Below are positions 8,450 through 18,405 of a stretch of DNA of 64,000 bases, one piece after another (the first letter of the stretch is position 1; each line of letters begins with the position of its first letter). A model generated the notes under the pieces. That model ran no database searches and was not told the DNA's origin. It worked only from the letters and a program-made list of their open reading frames with translations. The position numbers and the translations under genes were made by a program. The stretch comes from Acidobacteriota bacterium (GTDB taxonomy: Bacteria; Acidobacteriota; UBA6911; RPQK01; JAJDTT01): NCBI GenBank assembly GCA_965217775.1, contig CBDCJH010000002.1:4448001-4512000 (forward strand), read 5' to 3'.

Positions 8450-9568
8450 TCAGCCTTCCGATTCCGGCACGGCGAAAGGTTCCAGAGGCAGAGAGGTCGG
8501 GCGGTTCGTCAGCAGTTGGGACATGAGGAGACCGGAAACCGGCGCGAGCAATATTCCGCTGCGGTTGTGCGCCGTGGCGACGTAGAGGTTCTCGAAGTCC
8601 CTCAGACGACCCAGAAAGGGTCCTCCCCGGCGAGCGGCCGGCCGCAGACCGGCCCACGAGGTCACGAAGGTGGCATCCGACAGGCCCGGAGCCACGTGAA
8701 AGGCCCAGTCGAGCAGTTCGAGAACTCCGTGCACAGTGCTGGTCTTGTCGAAACCGACCGCTTCCTCGGTGGCGCCCACCAAGAGCTTTCCATCGCTTCT
8801 CGGCACCAGGTAGTGGCCGTTGTTGTTCACGATCTGACCGAGTTTTCCCGGCAGCGACTCCAGGAGCACGATCTCGCCCTTGGAGGAGTAGACGGGCAGG
8901 TTCACTCCCACCCGGTTGCCCACCAGACCGGACCAGGCTCCCGTGGCCAGGACGAAGCTCTCCCCCTGGACCCGATCCTCCGGAGTTAAAATGGCGACGA
9001 CACGCCCGGACCGGATCTCGAGGTCCACTACGGGACTATGCTCCAAGATCCGCGTTCCCAGCCGCTGGGCCGCCAGGGATAACGCCCGGACCAGCCGGGG
9101 AGGCCGGATCGAACCGTCGCCGGGGAAACGGATCGCGGCCCGGGCGGCCCGGTTGACCGCCGGCTCCAGTTCGAACAGATCGGCCGGCTCCAAGTATTCG
9201 ACCTCAAGGCCCGCCAGAATAGACCCTCGATAATAGTTCCTGGCTTTCCCGACCCCTTCCTCGTCCAGAAAGACATGGATACCGCCAATGGATCGATACT
9301 CGGGGTCCACGCCGCTCAGCTCGATGAGCTCCTCGACCAGAGGCTCGAACATGCTCCGGCTCAAAGTCGCCAAGCGCTCGTAGGGATGGTTGCTGGCGGG
9401 ACGTCCATGATTCAGGATGCCGGCGGAAGCCCAGGAGGCTTCCCGTCCGACCCGGCCCCGCTCCAAAATCAGGACCGACACTCCCTCCTTGGCCAGATGG
9501 TAAGCGACGGCGCAGCCGATGACTCCCGCGCCGACGACGATGACGTCTGCGGACTTCGTCTTCACCAT
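8450..9568 (-). CDS. thiO: Glycine oxidase ThiO-like FAD-dependent oxidoreductase
   Basis: GAGVIG dinucleotide fold, ASWASAGIL, GAWS, KGE, YLVPR, GAT, WAGLRP, HNRSGILLAP. Confidence 0.8.
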   Translation of the reverse strand: MVKTKSADVIVVGAGVIGCAVAYHLAKEGVSVLILERGRVGREASWASAGILNHGRPASNHPYERLATLSRSMFEPLVEELIELSGVDPEYRSIGGIHVFLDEEGVGKARNYYRGSILAGLEVEYLEPADLFELEPAVNRAARAAIRFPGDGSIRPPRLVRALSLAAQRLGTRILEHSPVVDLEIRSGRVVAILTPEDRVQGESFVLATGAWSGLVGNRVGVNLPVYSSKGEIVLLESLPGKLGQIVNNNGHYLVPRSDGKLLVGATEEAVGFDKTSTVHGVLELLDWAFHVAPGLSDATFVTSWAGLRPAARRGGPFLGRLRDFENLYVATAHNRSGILLAPVSGLLMSQLLTNRPTSLPLEPFAVPESEG

Positions 9569-9629
9569 GGATTGAAGGAGTTTATTCTAAGTGCCCGCAG
9601 GAAAAGCTGCCACTGAGCGCGACCCATTT

Positions 9630-9654
9630 CAGCCCTTGGCAAGAGTCGTCACGG
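9630..9654 (-). mobile_element. Truncated terminus of a family A element
   Basis: CAGCCCTTGGCAAGAGTCGTCACGG matches the family A end CAGCCCGTGGCAAAAGTCGTCACGG at 23/25 positions; rest absent. Confidence 0.65.
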
Positions 9655-9702
9655 GTTGATATCGGACGCTGTCTGCGGCCGGCGCGATGGGCCCGGACGG
9701 GA

Positions 9703-11190
9703 TCAACCCCAGATCAGAGGCAACCACCAGTTGGCTGCCGCGAACAGCAGGATGGCGAAAGCCAGGTTCAGGGCCAGCCCGGCACGGATCATCTCGCCGA
9801 TCCTCAGGTACCCCGATCCGAAGACGATGGCATTGGGCGGCGTGGCCACAGGAAGCATGAAGGCGCAGGACGCCGCCGTGGTGGCGGCCAGCATCAGAGG
9901 GTAGGGCGCTTCCCCCGTGGCGGCGGCGAGGGCCGCCATGATGGGGATGAAGATGGTCGCCGTCGCCGTGTTGGAGGTGAGCTCGGTCAGGAAGATGACC
10001 ACCAGAGTCGCCGCCAATACCAGCACGGCAGGAGGATACCCGTGCAGAATCGACAACTGGTCGGCCATCCAGGCTCCGAGGCCCGATTCCTGGATCCCCT
10101 TGGCCAGGGCCAGCCCTCCGCCGAACAGAATCAGCACTCCCCAAGGAATTTCCTTGGCGTCGGACCATTCCAGGAGCTTCGGTTCCCTTGCCGAGAGCGC
10201 GAACAGCAAGAGCGCCCCCAGGATGGCGATCATGGTGTCGCTGACGTCATGGAGACCGATCCGAACGAACCCGTGGGGCCAGAGGCCACGCAAGATCCAG
10301 AGGCCGGCCACGGAGCCGGAGATCAGGAGCACCCTCCTCTCCGCGGTGCTCATCGCTCCCAGAGAGGCAAGTTGCCGCCGAATATGGCTGCTGCCGGAGT
10401 CGGAACGGGGCTCGCGTCCCAGGGGACAGGCCATCCGGGTCAGGTAGAACCAGGCCAGGGGAACTCCCACGGCCACCAGCGGAACTCCGTAGAGCATCCA
10501 GTCCAGGAAGGTCACGGTCCGGCCCATGTTGGATTCGAGATAGCCCACGAGTATTGCGTTCGGCGGACTCCCAACGATGGTTCCCAGCCCTCCGATGGAG
10601 GCCGCGTAGGCCACTCCCAACATCAGGGCCTTGCCGAACTTGGACCCGGCGGCCCCGTCCGGACCCTGCACCTGGGTCACGATACCCAGAGCAATGGGAA
10701 CCATCATGACCACGCACGCCGTGTTGGAGATCCACATGGAGAGGAGCGCGGTGGCCGCCATGACCCCCAGGACGACGCGGCGAGGGTCCAGGCCGAACAA
10801 CCCGACGGCCCTGAGGGCGACGCGCCGGGCGAGACCCGACTTCTTGAATGCCGCCGAAAGCAGGAACCCGCCCAGGAACAGGAAGATGACGGGATGGCCG
10901 TAGGAGAGGGTCACCTCTTTGGCGGGCACCACTCCGCTCGCGGGAAACAGGACGATGGGGAGCAGGGCCGTGGCCGGGAGCGGAATCGCCTCGGTCATCC
11001 ACCAGCAGGCCATCCAGAGAGCCGCGGCCCCGATGGCCAGAGCCTCGGCTTCCATAGCTCCCTGGCCCAGCAGGAGGACGGACAAGAAAAGCACGGGACC
11101 CAGGACCAGGCCGATCCATTTGACCCAGCCGGACCCGGCACCGCCCGGGGCGACGGCCGATCCCGAGTCTGTAGCCACCTTGTTCTTCAT
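9703..11190 (-). CDS. SLC13/DASS family sodium-coupled di/tricarboxylate or sulfate symporter
   Basis: WWMTEAIPLPATALLP, SMWISNTA, GSPPNA, LFGGGLAL, TSNTAT, FMLPVATPPNAIVF. Confidence 0.95.
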   Translation of the reverse strand: MKNKVATDSGSAVAPGGAGSGWVKWIGLVLGPVLFLSVLLLGQGAMEAEALAIGAAALWMACWWMTEAIPLPATALLPIVLFPASGVVPAKEVTLSYGHPVIFLFLGGFLLSAAFKKSGLARRVALRAVGLFGLDPRRVVLGVMAATALLSMWISNTACVVMMVPIALGIVTQVQGPDGAAGSKFGKALMLGVAYAASIGGLGTIVGSPPNAILVGYLESNMGRTVTFLDWMLYGVPLVAVGVPLAWFYLTRMACPLGREPRSDSGSSHIRRQLASLGAMSTAERRVLLISGSVAGLWILRGLWPHGFVRIGLHDVSDTMIAILGALLLFALSAREPKLLEWSDAKEIPWGVLILFGGGLALAKGIQESGLGAWMADQLSILHGYPPAVLVLAATLVVIFLTELTSNTATATIFIPIMAALAAATGEAPYPLMLAATTAASCAFMLPVATPPNAIVFGSGYLRIGEMIRAGLALNLAFAILLFAAANWWLPLIWG

Positions 11191-11258
11191 GGGGTTCGAT
11201 TCCGAATCGAAAACTTACCAGTTCCGGGCCGGGATTTCCCGCCGTTTGGAGAGACGAC

Positions 11259-11423
11259 TGGGAGCGGCGGCTTTCTTGCCGCCGACCAGGGGGGTTGGGG
11301 GGACGGAGTCCCCCTCTACGCTTCCAAAAGCCAGACTTCCATACGAACATGCTGCGTGGTAACAGCGACATTCGAGTTCCACCCCTCCCGCCGGAGGCGG
11401 GGGTTAAAAACCCCCGCTCCCAC
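11259..11423. repeat. REP cluster between divergent genes
   Basis: GGAGCGGCGGCTTTCTTGCCGCCG, GGGGGACGGAGTCCCCCTCTAC and GCGGGGGTTAAAAACCCCCGCTCCCAC palindromes. Confidence 0.7.
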
Positions 11424-11490
11424 ACCGCTTGCGGGAAACGTGCTTCCGGCATACCCTTTGACCGCGAATCTCCCGAATGAGGTCTCCATC

Positions 11491-12846
11491 ATGAAAAACC
11501 AAGAAATCAGTTCGTTCCGGCTCGCATCTCGCATTCTCCGCACTCCTCCAACCTGTCTATGCCTGATCTGGGCGGTTTTGATCCCACAAGTCGCTTATGG
11601 TGAGGACTGGCCCCAATGGAGGGGTCCGAACCGGGATGGAGTCTGGCGGGAGACCGGGATCGTCTCAGAGCTCCCTGCGGAGCTGAACTTCAAATGGAGG
11701 ATGGAAATCGGTCAAGGGTACGCGGGGCCGGCGGTGGTGGGTAACCGGCTCTACATTACCGACCTGGTGCCGGGGACAGATGCCCAGGCGTCCGCCGGCA
11801 ACCGGGAGCGGGTACTCTGCATGGACGCCGGAACCGGCGCCACTCTCTGGAAGCACGAATACGCCTGCGACTACGCGATCTCCTACCCGCAAGGACCTCG
11901 CGCCACTCCCACCGTCCACCAGGGCAAAGTCTACACCCTGGGGGCCATGGGGGACCTGCTCTGTCTGGACGCCGCCACCGGAAAGGTCCTGTGGTCCCGG
12001 AACTACATCCGGGATTTCGGCGCCCAGGCGCCCATCTGGGGGTTCTCCGCCGCGCCACTGGTGGACGGCAAGAAGCTCATCGTGATCGCCGGAGGAACCG
12101 AGAACCGTTGCGTCCTGGCCCTGGACAAGGAGACCGGACGCGAGATCTGGTGGTCCTTGGAGGCCGACGAACCGGGCTACTCGGCGCCGGTCATCTTTAA
12201 GTTCGGCGGCGCCCGCCAGCTCGTCATCTGGAATCCGAAGGGGCTCTACGGCCTCGATCCGGAGACCGGCCAAGCCTACTGGAGCCGGGAGTTCCCCGTC
12301 CGGAACGGACTCACCCTGGCCACGCCCGTCTTCGACCCCGACCGCAATCTCCTCTTCGTGAGCGCCTTCTACGACGGTCCTCTCATGCTGCGGACCGGTT
12401 CCGACAGACCGTCGGCGGCGCTCCTCTGGAAAGGCAGGAGCACCAGCGAGATCGAGACCGACGGCCTGCACTCCCTCATGTGCACGCCGGTCCTGGACCG
12501 GGGACATCTCTACGGGGTGGACAGTTACGGCCAGCTTCGCTGTCTGGACGCGCTGACCGGACAGCGGGTCTGGGAGACGTTGAAAGCCACGGGCAAGGGA
12601 CGCTGGTGGAACGCCTTCCTGGTCCGGCACCAGAATCGGTTCATCATCCTCAACGAGCAGGGAGAGATGATCTTCGCCAGGCTCTCTCCCGACGGCTACC
12701 AGGAGACGAGCCGGACCACCCTGATCGAACCGGTGGTTCCCATCCAGAGACGCCTCACCGTCTGGTCCCACCCTGCGTTCGCCAACCGGTCCATCTACGC
12801 CCGGAACAACCGGTCGATCGTCTGCGCGGATCTGTCCGCCCGTTGA
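11491..12846 (+). CDS. Exported PQQ-binding-like beta-propeller protein
   Basis: Signal peptide then EDWPQWRGPNRDG; repeated CLDAxTGxxLW blades; WSHPAFAN ending. Confidence 0.9.
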   Translation: MKNQEISSFRLASRILRTPPTCLCLIWAVLIPQVAYGEDWPQWRGPNRDGVWRETGIVSELPAELNFKWRMEIGQGYAGPAVVGNRLYITDLVPGTDAQASAGNRERVLCMDAGTGATLWKHEYACDYAISYPQGPRATPTVHQGKVYTLGAMGDLLCLDAATGKVLWSRNYIRDFGAQAPIWGFSAAPLVDGKKLIVIAGGTENRCVLALDKETGREIWWSLEADEPGYSAPVIFKFGGARQLVIWNPKGLYGLDPETGQAYWSREFPVRNGLTLATPVFDPDRNLLFVSAFYDGPLMLRTGSDRPSAALLWKGRSTSEIETDGLHSLMCTPVLDRGHLYGVDSYGQLRCLDALTGQRVWETLKATGKGRWWNAFLVRHQNRFIILNEQGEMIFARLSPDGYQETSRTTLIEPVVPIQRRLTVWSHPAFANRSIYARNNRSIVCADLSAR

Positions 12847-12855
12847 GGCGGCGGG

Positions 12856-14163
12856 CTATGTCACCAACCGGGTCGACCAGTGGTCCCGGTACTCCCGGGT
12901 CAGCAGGGCGTTGGCTTCCGGGTCGTCCGTGATGGTCTCGGTGGCGGGATCGAACGTGTAGCTGCCCCGGGTTCGGCCCGCGATGTTCCCCAAGTGGCAG
13001 AGCGCGGTCGACAGGTGGCCCTCCTCCGCGTCGCAATTGGGCGTTTCACGAGTCCGGATACAGTCGATGAAGTTGGCGTAGTGTTCCCGGCCGCGCCTGA
13101 CCTCGGCCAATTCCTGTCGAACCAGCCGGTTCCGGGAATCGTAGATGCGGAAGCCGTACGTGCGGTGTCCGTCGAAGTAGCCGGAGACCGCCTTGCCTTC
13201 GGTGCCGTAGACTTCCACGCCGTTCTGGCCATTGTTCATCTTGTAGCTGTTCCAGAGCCGCATTTCGTACTGGATGACCGTGTTGTCGTAATCGAAGACG
13301 ACGGTCTGGGTGTCGGGCGTCTGCTGGTCGTCGTCAAAGTAGAGCTTCCGCCCGGCGCCGGTGACGTGTTTCGGCAGACCCGCCTTCATCAGCCAGCGCG
13401 CCACGTCGATCCAATGGACACCGTCGTTGCCTATGTCTCCGGCCCCGTAGTGCCAGTGCCAGTTGACGGTGCCGCTGTAGTGGTTGCGGTTGAAGGGGAG
13501 CACCGGGATGGGACCGTTCCAGAGATCGTAGTTGATCCCGGCCGGGACCGGCTCGTCTTCCTTGTGGCCGATGTTCCGGCGCTTCTGGGTGTTCCAGACC
13601 TTGGCCATGAGCAGGTCGCCGATCTTGCCCGACTGGCAGTACTCGATGAATCGGTGGGTGTTGGGACGGCTCCGGGACTGGGTCCCCACCTGCACCACCC
13701 GATCGTACCTGCGTGCTGCCTCCACCATGAGGCGGCCCTCACGGACGTTGTGGGAGACGGGCTTTTCCACGTAGACATCCTTGCCGGCTTCACAGCAGAG
13801 AATGGTTCCGGGAGCATGCCAATGGAGGGGGGTGGCGATGACGACCGCGTCCACCGACTTGTCGTCCAGAACCCGCCGGATGTCCTCCTCCATCTTGGGG
13901 CGTTTCCCCTGGGTTTCCTCCGCGATCTTGAAAGCGGGCCCCACCACGTTCTGGTCCACGTCGCAGATGTAGGCCAGATCCACGTCGGGCATCTCGCCGA
14001 AATACCGGGTCAATACCGGGCCGCGGCCCCGGACGCCCATCATGGCCACAGTCACCTTGTCGTTGGCCGAGACCCGCTTGCGGCCGCCCAAACCGGCTGC
14101 AGCGGCCGATCCAATCGCCGCCCCGCCGGCCAAACTCGCACCGAGAAAACTTCGCCTGTTCAC
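12856..14163 (-). CDS. Tat-exported Gfo/Idh/MocA oxidoreductase
   Basis: NRRSFL Tat motif, IATPLHWH, KDVYVEKP, QVGTQSRS, GDIGNDGVHWID; AGGAGG RBS. Confidence 0.93.
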   Translation of the reverse strand: MNRRSFLGASLAGGAAIGSAAAAGLGGRKRVSANDKVTVAMMGVRGRGPVLTRYFGEMPDVDLAYICDVDQNVVGPAFKIAEETQGKRPKMEEDIRRVLDDKSVDAVVIATPLHWHAPGTILCCEAGKDVYVEKPVSHNVREGRLMVEAARRYDRVVQVGTQSRSRPNTHRFIEYCQSGKIGDLLMAKVWNTQKRRNIGHKEDEPVPAGINYDLWNGPIPVLPFNRNHYSGTVNWHWHYGAGDIGNDGVHWIDVARWLMKAGLPKHVTGAGRKLYFDDDQQTPDTQTVVFDYDNTVIQYEMRLWNSYKMNNGQNGVEVYGTEGKAVSGYFDGHRTYGFRIYDSRNRLVRQELAEVRRGREHYANFIDCIRTRETPNCDAEEGHLSTALCHLGNIAGRTRGSYTFDPATETITDDPEANALLTREYRDHWSTRLVT

Positions 14164-14270
14164 GGCATTACCTCCTGGTCAGGATGGATGAAATACTAGG
14201 TTTTGGATATCATCCTTTGCTCTGAGAAGCAAGGCGACGGACCCATCCAGGGGCAACGATTGGGACGTAA

Positions 14271-14418
14271 GAGAGCACCCACAAGGGGTGCCCCTACGGT
14301 GACGCCGCCGGGCTCGAAGATGCGTAGGGGCGCACCTTTGTGGTCGTCCTCGGGCGGCGGACGCGTCGATGGAGCCAAGGTTGAGATGTAGGAGGGCACC
14401 CACATGGGGTGTCGCCGC
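14271..14418. repeat. GTAG-type REP cluster (GTAGGGGCRCCCCTTGTGGGTGCYCTC family), three copies
   Basis: Copies at 14271-14297 (-), 14324-14351 (+) and a degenerate one at 14392-14418. Confidence 0.8.
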
Positions 14419-14444
14419 GGGAGCCGGGTTGGCGTCTGCAGGTC

Positions 14445-15029
14445 ATGATGCATGATATCCCTGAAGGAGCCATAGTCCGATGTGAGTGGGCGGTGGGGCA
14501 TCGGCTTCTCGCCGAGTATCACGACCGGGAATGGGGGGTTCCGGTGCACGACGACCGGAAGCTGTTCGAGTTTCTGGTTCTGGACGCCTTTCAGGCCGGG
14601 TTGAGCTGGCTGACCATTCTCAAGAAAAGAGAGAACTTTCGGGCAAATTTCGACGGGTTCGATCCGGAGCGGATCTGCCGATACGGCGAGGACACGATCG
14701 CCCGGCTGCTCCAGGACCCGGGGATCATCCGGAACCGGCTCAAGGTGAAAGCTACGGTGAGTAACGCCCGCTACTTTCTGAGGGTCCAGGAGGAGTTCGG
14801 GTCCTTCGACCGGTACATCTGGCAGTTCACCGGCGGCCGGACGCGCGTCAACTCCTTTCACAGTCAGAGCCGGATTCCAGCCAAGACCCGTCAATCCGAA
14901 GCCATGAGCCGATCCCTCAGGAAGCGGGGGTTCCGCTTCGTGGGGCCCACCATCTGCTACGCTTTCATGCAGGCCGCGGGCATGGTGAACGACCACGTCA
15001 CCGGCTGTTTCCGCTACGGACAACTCTGA
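14445..15029 (+). CDS. tag: DNA-3-methyladenine glycosylase I
   Basis: RCEW, YHDREWGVP, LFEFLVLDAFQAGLSW, IIRNRLK, FRFVGPTICYAFMQAAGMVNDH...CF. Confidence 0.95.
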   Translation: MMHDIPEGAIVRCEWAVGHRLLAEYHDREWGVPVHDDRKLFEFLVLDAFQAGLSWLTILKKRENFRANFDGFDPERICRYGEDTIARLLQDPGIIRNRLKVKATVSNARYFLRVQEEFGSFDRYIWQFTGGRTRVNSFHSQSRIPAKTRQSEAMSRSLRKRGFRFVGPTICYAFMQAAGMVNDHVTGCFRYGQL

Positions 15030-15049
15030 GCCGGAAGCGGCCCCGACGG

Positions 15050-16108
15050 CTATTCGACCAGCGTTCCCAGCGAGATCTGCAGCACCAGATAGACCACGTA
15101 AATGAGCAGCAGCGGGGCGCCATACCATCTCTGGAAGTAGCCCCTGGAGGAGGCCCGGAAGATGAAGATCCGGAACAGGACCAGAATCCCCAGCATGAAG
15201 GGGAGGTGGACGTAGAGGAGGATCTGGGGCAGCGAGGCTCCCGCCTCCACCACCGGCAAGGGGGCAGCAACGGCCGAAAAACCGACCACGAAGAGGACGT
15301 TGAGCACATCGGCGCCGATGATGTTGCCCACCAGCAACTCATTGTGCCCCCGGCGGATGCTGGTCATGCCGATCACCAGCTCCGGAAGCGAGGTCCCGAA
15401 GGCGACCAGCGTCGCGGCGATCACGACCTTGGGGATGAACCAGTGGTTCTCCGCCAACTCGATCACGCTGCAGATGAGGACCCGGCTGGAGAGCAGGACC
15501 AGGACCAGGCCGCCCAACACTCCGATCCAGAGCCGGAGCGTACCCTGGCTCACGTCACCCGCTTCGCTGCCCATCTGAGCCGCCAGCTCGGGATGGCCCC
15601 GGCTCCAGCGAACCGAATAAAAGAGATAGGCTCCCAGCAGCAACACGAAGACGAGGCCCATCGATCGGCCGATGACGGCCTCGTTTCCCGCGATCCTGTA
15701 GACGCCCCAGCAAACGAGCACCAGAAACAGACCGGAGCCGAACTGTACCCAACCCTGGCGGTTGAGGATGAACCGGTCTGCCGGCAGCCGGGACAGAAGG
15801 CACCCGAGGCCGAAGATCAGGCCCGAGTCGACGATGATGGAGCCGACGGCGTTTCCCAGGGCCAAACCGGGCTCGCCGGACCAGGCCGCCACCACCGAGA
15901 CCGCGCACTCGGGACTGGTGGTCCCGAGAGAAACGATGGTCGCTCCCACCACGATCTTGGGGACACCCAGCCCTTGGGCGATCCCCGAGGCGCCCTCCAC
16001 CACCAGGTCGGCCGCCTTGACCACCACGGCTACGGCCGCAGCCAAGAGCAGCAGCAGCGCCCACTGGGGCAGACCGGAGAACCACGCTTCGGGAATCAGG
16101 TATTCCAA
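15050..16108 (-). CDS. Calcium/sodium antiporter (CaCA, YrbG-like)
   Basis: Two alpha repeats GTTSPE and GTSLPE, GNAVGS and GNIIGA; TTG start with AGGAG RBS overlapping the CTAG target site. Confidence 0.92.
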   Translation of the reverse strand: MEYLIPEAWFSGLPQWALLLLLAAAVAVVVKAADLVVEGASGIAQGLGVPKIVVGATIVSLGTTSPECAVSVVAAWSGEPGLALGNAVGSIIVDSGLIFGLGCLLSRLPADRFILNRQGWVQFGSGLFLVLVCWGVYRIAGNEAVIGRSMGLVFVLLLGAYLFYSVRWSRGHPELAAQMGSEAGDVSQGTLRLWIGVLGGLVLVLLSSRVLICSVIELAENHWFIPKVVIAATLVAFGTSLPELVIGMTSIRRGHNELLVGNIIGADVLNVLFVVGFSAVAAPLPVVEAGASLPQILLYVHLPFMLGILVLFRIFIFRASSRGYFQRWYGAPLLLIYVVYLVLQISLGTLVE

Positions 16109-16122
16109 ATTGCCGCTCCTAG

Positions 16123-16280
16123 GAGTCTGCGCCGTAGAAATGATCGTAGCGAGAAAGTGGGGAATCGAGGCCAGATTTTCTCGATTTGGAGGTGCATAGT
16201 CGTTCTATTCGCCGAGAAATTGAGGAAATATGGACCGATTCACCGCTTTCGCAGTAGATCAATTTCTGCGGCGCAGGCTC
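16123..16280 (+). mobile_element. 158-bp palindromic MITE-like element, family B, copy 1
   Basis: TIRs GAGTCTGCGCCGTAGAAAT / ATTTCTGCGGCGCAGGCTC; flanks CTAG/CTAA; near-identical to 27655-27812. Confidence 0.85.
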
Positions 16281-16495
16281 CTAAGTCACAGTCTGCCTCT
16301 GTAAACCGCCCTATGTTCCAGTTCCGGGGCCCGAAACTCAAGCGGAAGTTCCCGGACGTTCCCGGCGTCATCTGCTTGCCGATGACGGCCAGCCGTGACC
16401 CGCGGGTCCGGAACGGTCTCCCGGCGAGTGAGAGGGCATCGTAGTAGACTGAACAGAGACATCGCCGCACCGTTCGAGGGAGGAGAAAACGGGCC

Positions 16496-17815
16496 ATGAA
16501 GGAGCAATCGAATCGACGGGCATTCCTGAAGCGCCTGGGAATGGGAAGCCTGGCCGCAGCCGCGGCTCCGGCGATCATCCGGGCGAGGTCTTCCCACGCA
16601 CGGCTCCGCCTGGCCGGCGTCGGCGTGGGCGGAAAAGGTTGGACCGACCTGGGCGAGTCTGCCCTGGGCCACGACGTGGTCGCCATCTGCGACGTCGACG
16701 AGCATCGGCTGGAACGGGCCGCGCAGCGTTATCCCGGCGCCAGAAAATACACGGACTGGCGCAAGCTCCTGGAGCAGAAGGACATCGACGCCCTGACCAT
16801 CTCCACCCCCGACCACATGCACGCACCGATCTCGCTTCAAGCGATGTCCCTGGGCAAGCATGTGTACACGCAGAAGCCCCTGACCCACTCCATCTACGAG
16901 GCGCGCGCCCTCACCCGTTTAGCCAAGGAGAAGGGCGTCGTGACCCAGATGGGCATCCAGCATCACTCCCTGGCCCCCTTGAGGACGGGCGTCCAGGCGA
17001 TCCGGGACGGGGTCATCGGAAAGGTCCGGGAAGCGCACGTCTGGACCAACCGTCCCGGGACCTACTGGAGACAGGAAATGCCACGGCCCTCCCGGACCGA
17101 TCCGGTGCCCGATCACGTCCACTGGGATCTGTGGCTGGGCGTGGCTCCCGAAAGGCCGTATGTGGACGGAGACGTCTACCATCCCTTTCACTGGCGGGGC
17201 TGGTGGGATTTCGGCACCGGCGCTCTGGGAGACATGGGCTGCCACCTGATCGACCCTGCCATCAACGCCCTGGAGTTGGGGCCACCGATCACCATCTGGG
17301 CGGAGGGCACCGATCCGCTGCCCGAGAGCGCTCCCCGCTGGTCCATCGTCCACTACGAGTTTCCGGGCACCCGGCACACGACGCCGACCCTGCCCCTGAC
17401 CTGGTACGAAGCGGGGATGCGGCCGCCTCGCCAGCTCTACGGCGCCCCCGATGACTGGCCCGGTTGGACCAACGGGAATCTGCTGATCGGTGAGAAGGGG
17501 AACCTGCTGATGGCCGGGGGGCAACGTCCGATCTTGTTCCCCGTAGAACGTTTCGCCGACTACGTCTTCCCCACCCAGCCGGACGAGAGTCACTATTCCC
17601 AGTGGACCAACGCCATCCTGGGGAAGGACACGGCTTCGACCGAATTCTCGTATTCGGGACCATTGACGGAAACGGTGCTGTTGGGGAACGCGGCCTTCAG
17701 GACCGGGAAGAAATTGAAGTGGGACAGCGCCAATCTGAAGGCGACCGGAGTCCCCGAGGCCGACCAGTACCTGCGCCGTCCCTACCGCAAGGGTTGGGCA
17801 ACGGAAGGTCTCTGA
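16496..17815 (+). CDS. Tat-exported Gfo/Idh/MocA oxidoreductase
   Basis: NRRAFL, GVGVGGKG, STPDHMH, KHVYTQKPL, WRGWWDFGTGALGDMGCH; GGAGGAG RBS. Confidence 0.93.
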   Translation: MKEQSNRRAFLKRLGMGSLAAAAAPAIIRARSSHARLRLAGVGVGGKGWTDLGESALGHDVVAICDVDEHRLERAAQRYPGARKYTDWRKLLEQKDIDALTISTPDHMHAPISLQAMSLGKHVYTQKPLTHSIYEARALTRLAKEKGVVTQMGIQHHSLAPLRTGVQAIRDGVIGKVREAHVWTNRPGTYWRQEMPRPSRTDPVPDHVHWDLWLGVAPERPYVDGDVYHPFHWRGWWDFGTGALGDMGCHLIDPAINALELGPPITIWAEGTDPLPESAPRWSIVHYEFPGTRHTTPTLPLTWYEAGMRPPRQLYGAPDDWPGWTNGNLLIGEKGNLLMAGGQRPILFPVERFADYVFPTQPDESHYSQWTNAILGKDTASTEFSYSGPLTETVLLGNAAFRTGKKLKWDSANLKATGVPEADQYLRRPYRKGWATEGL

Positions 17816-17828
17816 TCTTCGCCCCGAC

Positions 17829-18371
17829 TCACCCGGCCGAAAACGATTCGTTCCTCTTCAGCCGTTCGACCTGGTCGTAGTGGCGGTCGGTGTGGAACCG
17901 GAGGAATTCCAGCCGCTGGCAGGCGTCCAGGGGTCCCGACAGGTAGTGCAGATCCAGGACCTGGGACGGGTCCAAGCCGGACAAGACCTGGGGGATACGC
18001 TCCAACGTGGTCTGGCAAGCTTCGTAGCGGGCGATCCAATAGGACAGGGGACCCTCCCCCACCGGGTCGGTCTCGGCCATGGCCTTCTCCTTGGGCTTCC
18101 AGGTCCTGGCGATCACGTCCTCGATGGGCAGGCCGCGGTGCACCGCCTCGCCGACCCGTAAGGGAGCGCCCCGGCGCAACGCTTCGGCTGCCAGCCAGAT
18201 CCGCTGAACTCCCCGTTGCTCCGAGAGGACCAGGTGCTCGATGTGCGCCTGGACCGACCATCCTCCCGCCGCCTTGAAGGCGGCCTGCGCCGCAGTCAAT
18301 CCCCGGTTGGCGCCGATGATCCGGCGCCGCGCGGCATCCGCCGCCTCGATTCGCTCAAGAATCCGATCCAT
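17829..18371 (-). CDS. DinB family protein
   Basis: WSVQAHIEHL and HTDRHYDQV His triad pattern. Confidence 0.8.
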   Translation of the reverse strand: MDRILERIEAADAARRRIIGANRGLTAAQAAFKAAGGWSVQAHIEHLVLSEQRGVQRIWLAAEALRRGAPLRVGEAVHRGLPIEDVIARTWKPKEKAMAETDPVGEGPLSYWIARYEACQTTLERIPQVLSGLDPSQVLDLHYLSGPLDACQRLEFLRFHTDRHYDQVERLKRNESFSAG

Positions 18372-18405
18372 GATTCACCTCGATCTGAACGGGAGAGAAC
18401 CGGTA

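Noticed and set aside
11191-11210. GGTTCGATTCC resembling a tRNA T-loop
   Set aside because: No T-stem, acceptor stem or cloverleaf; it is part of a small TTCGATTC/GAATCGAA palindrome next to a start codon
10042-11490. N-terminal 483 aa of the 934-aa ORF in the track
   Set aside because: Antisense shadow of the DASS gene plus REP sequence; the real gene starts at about 11491
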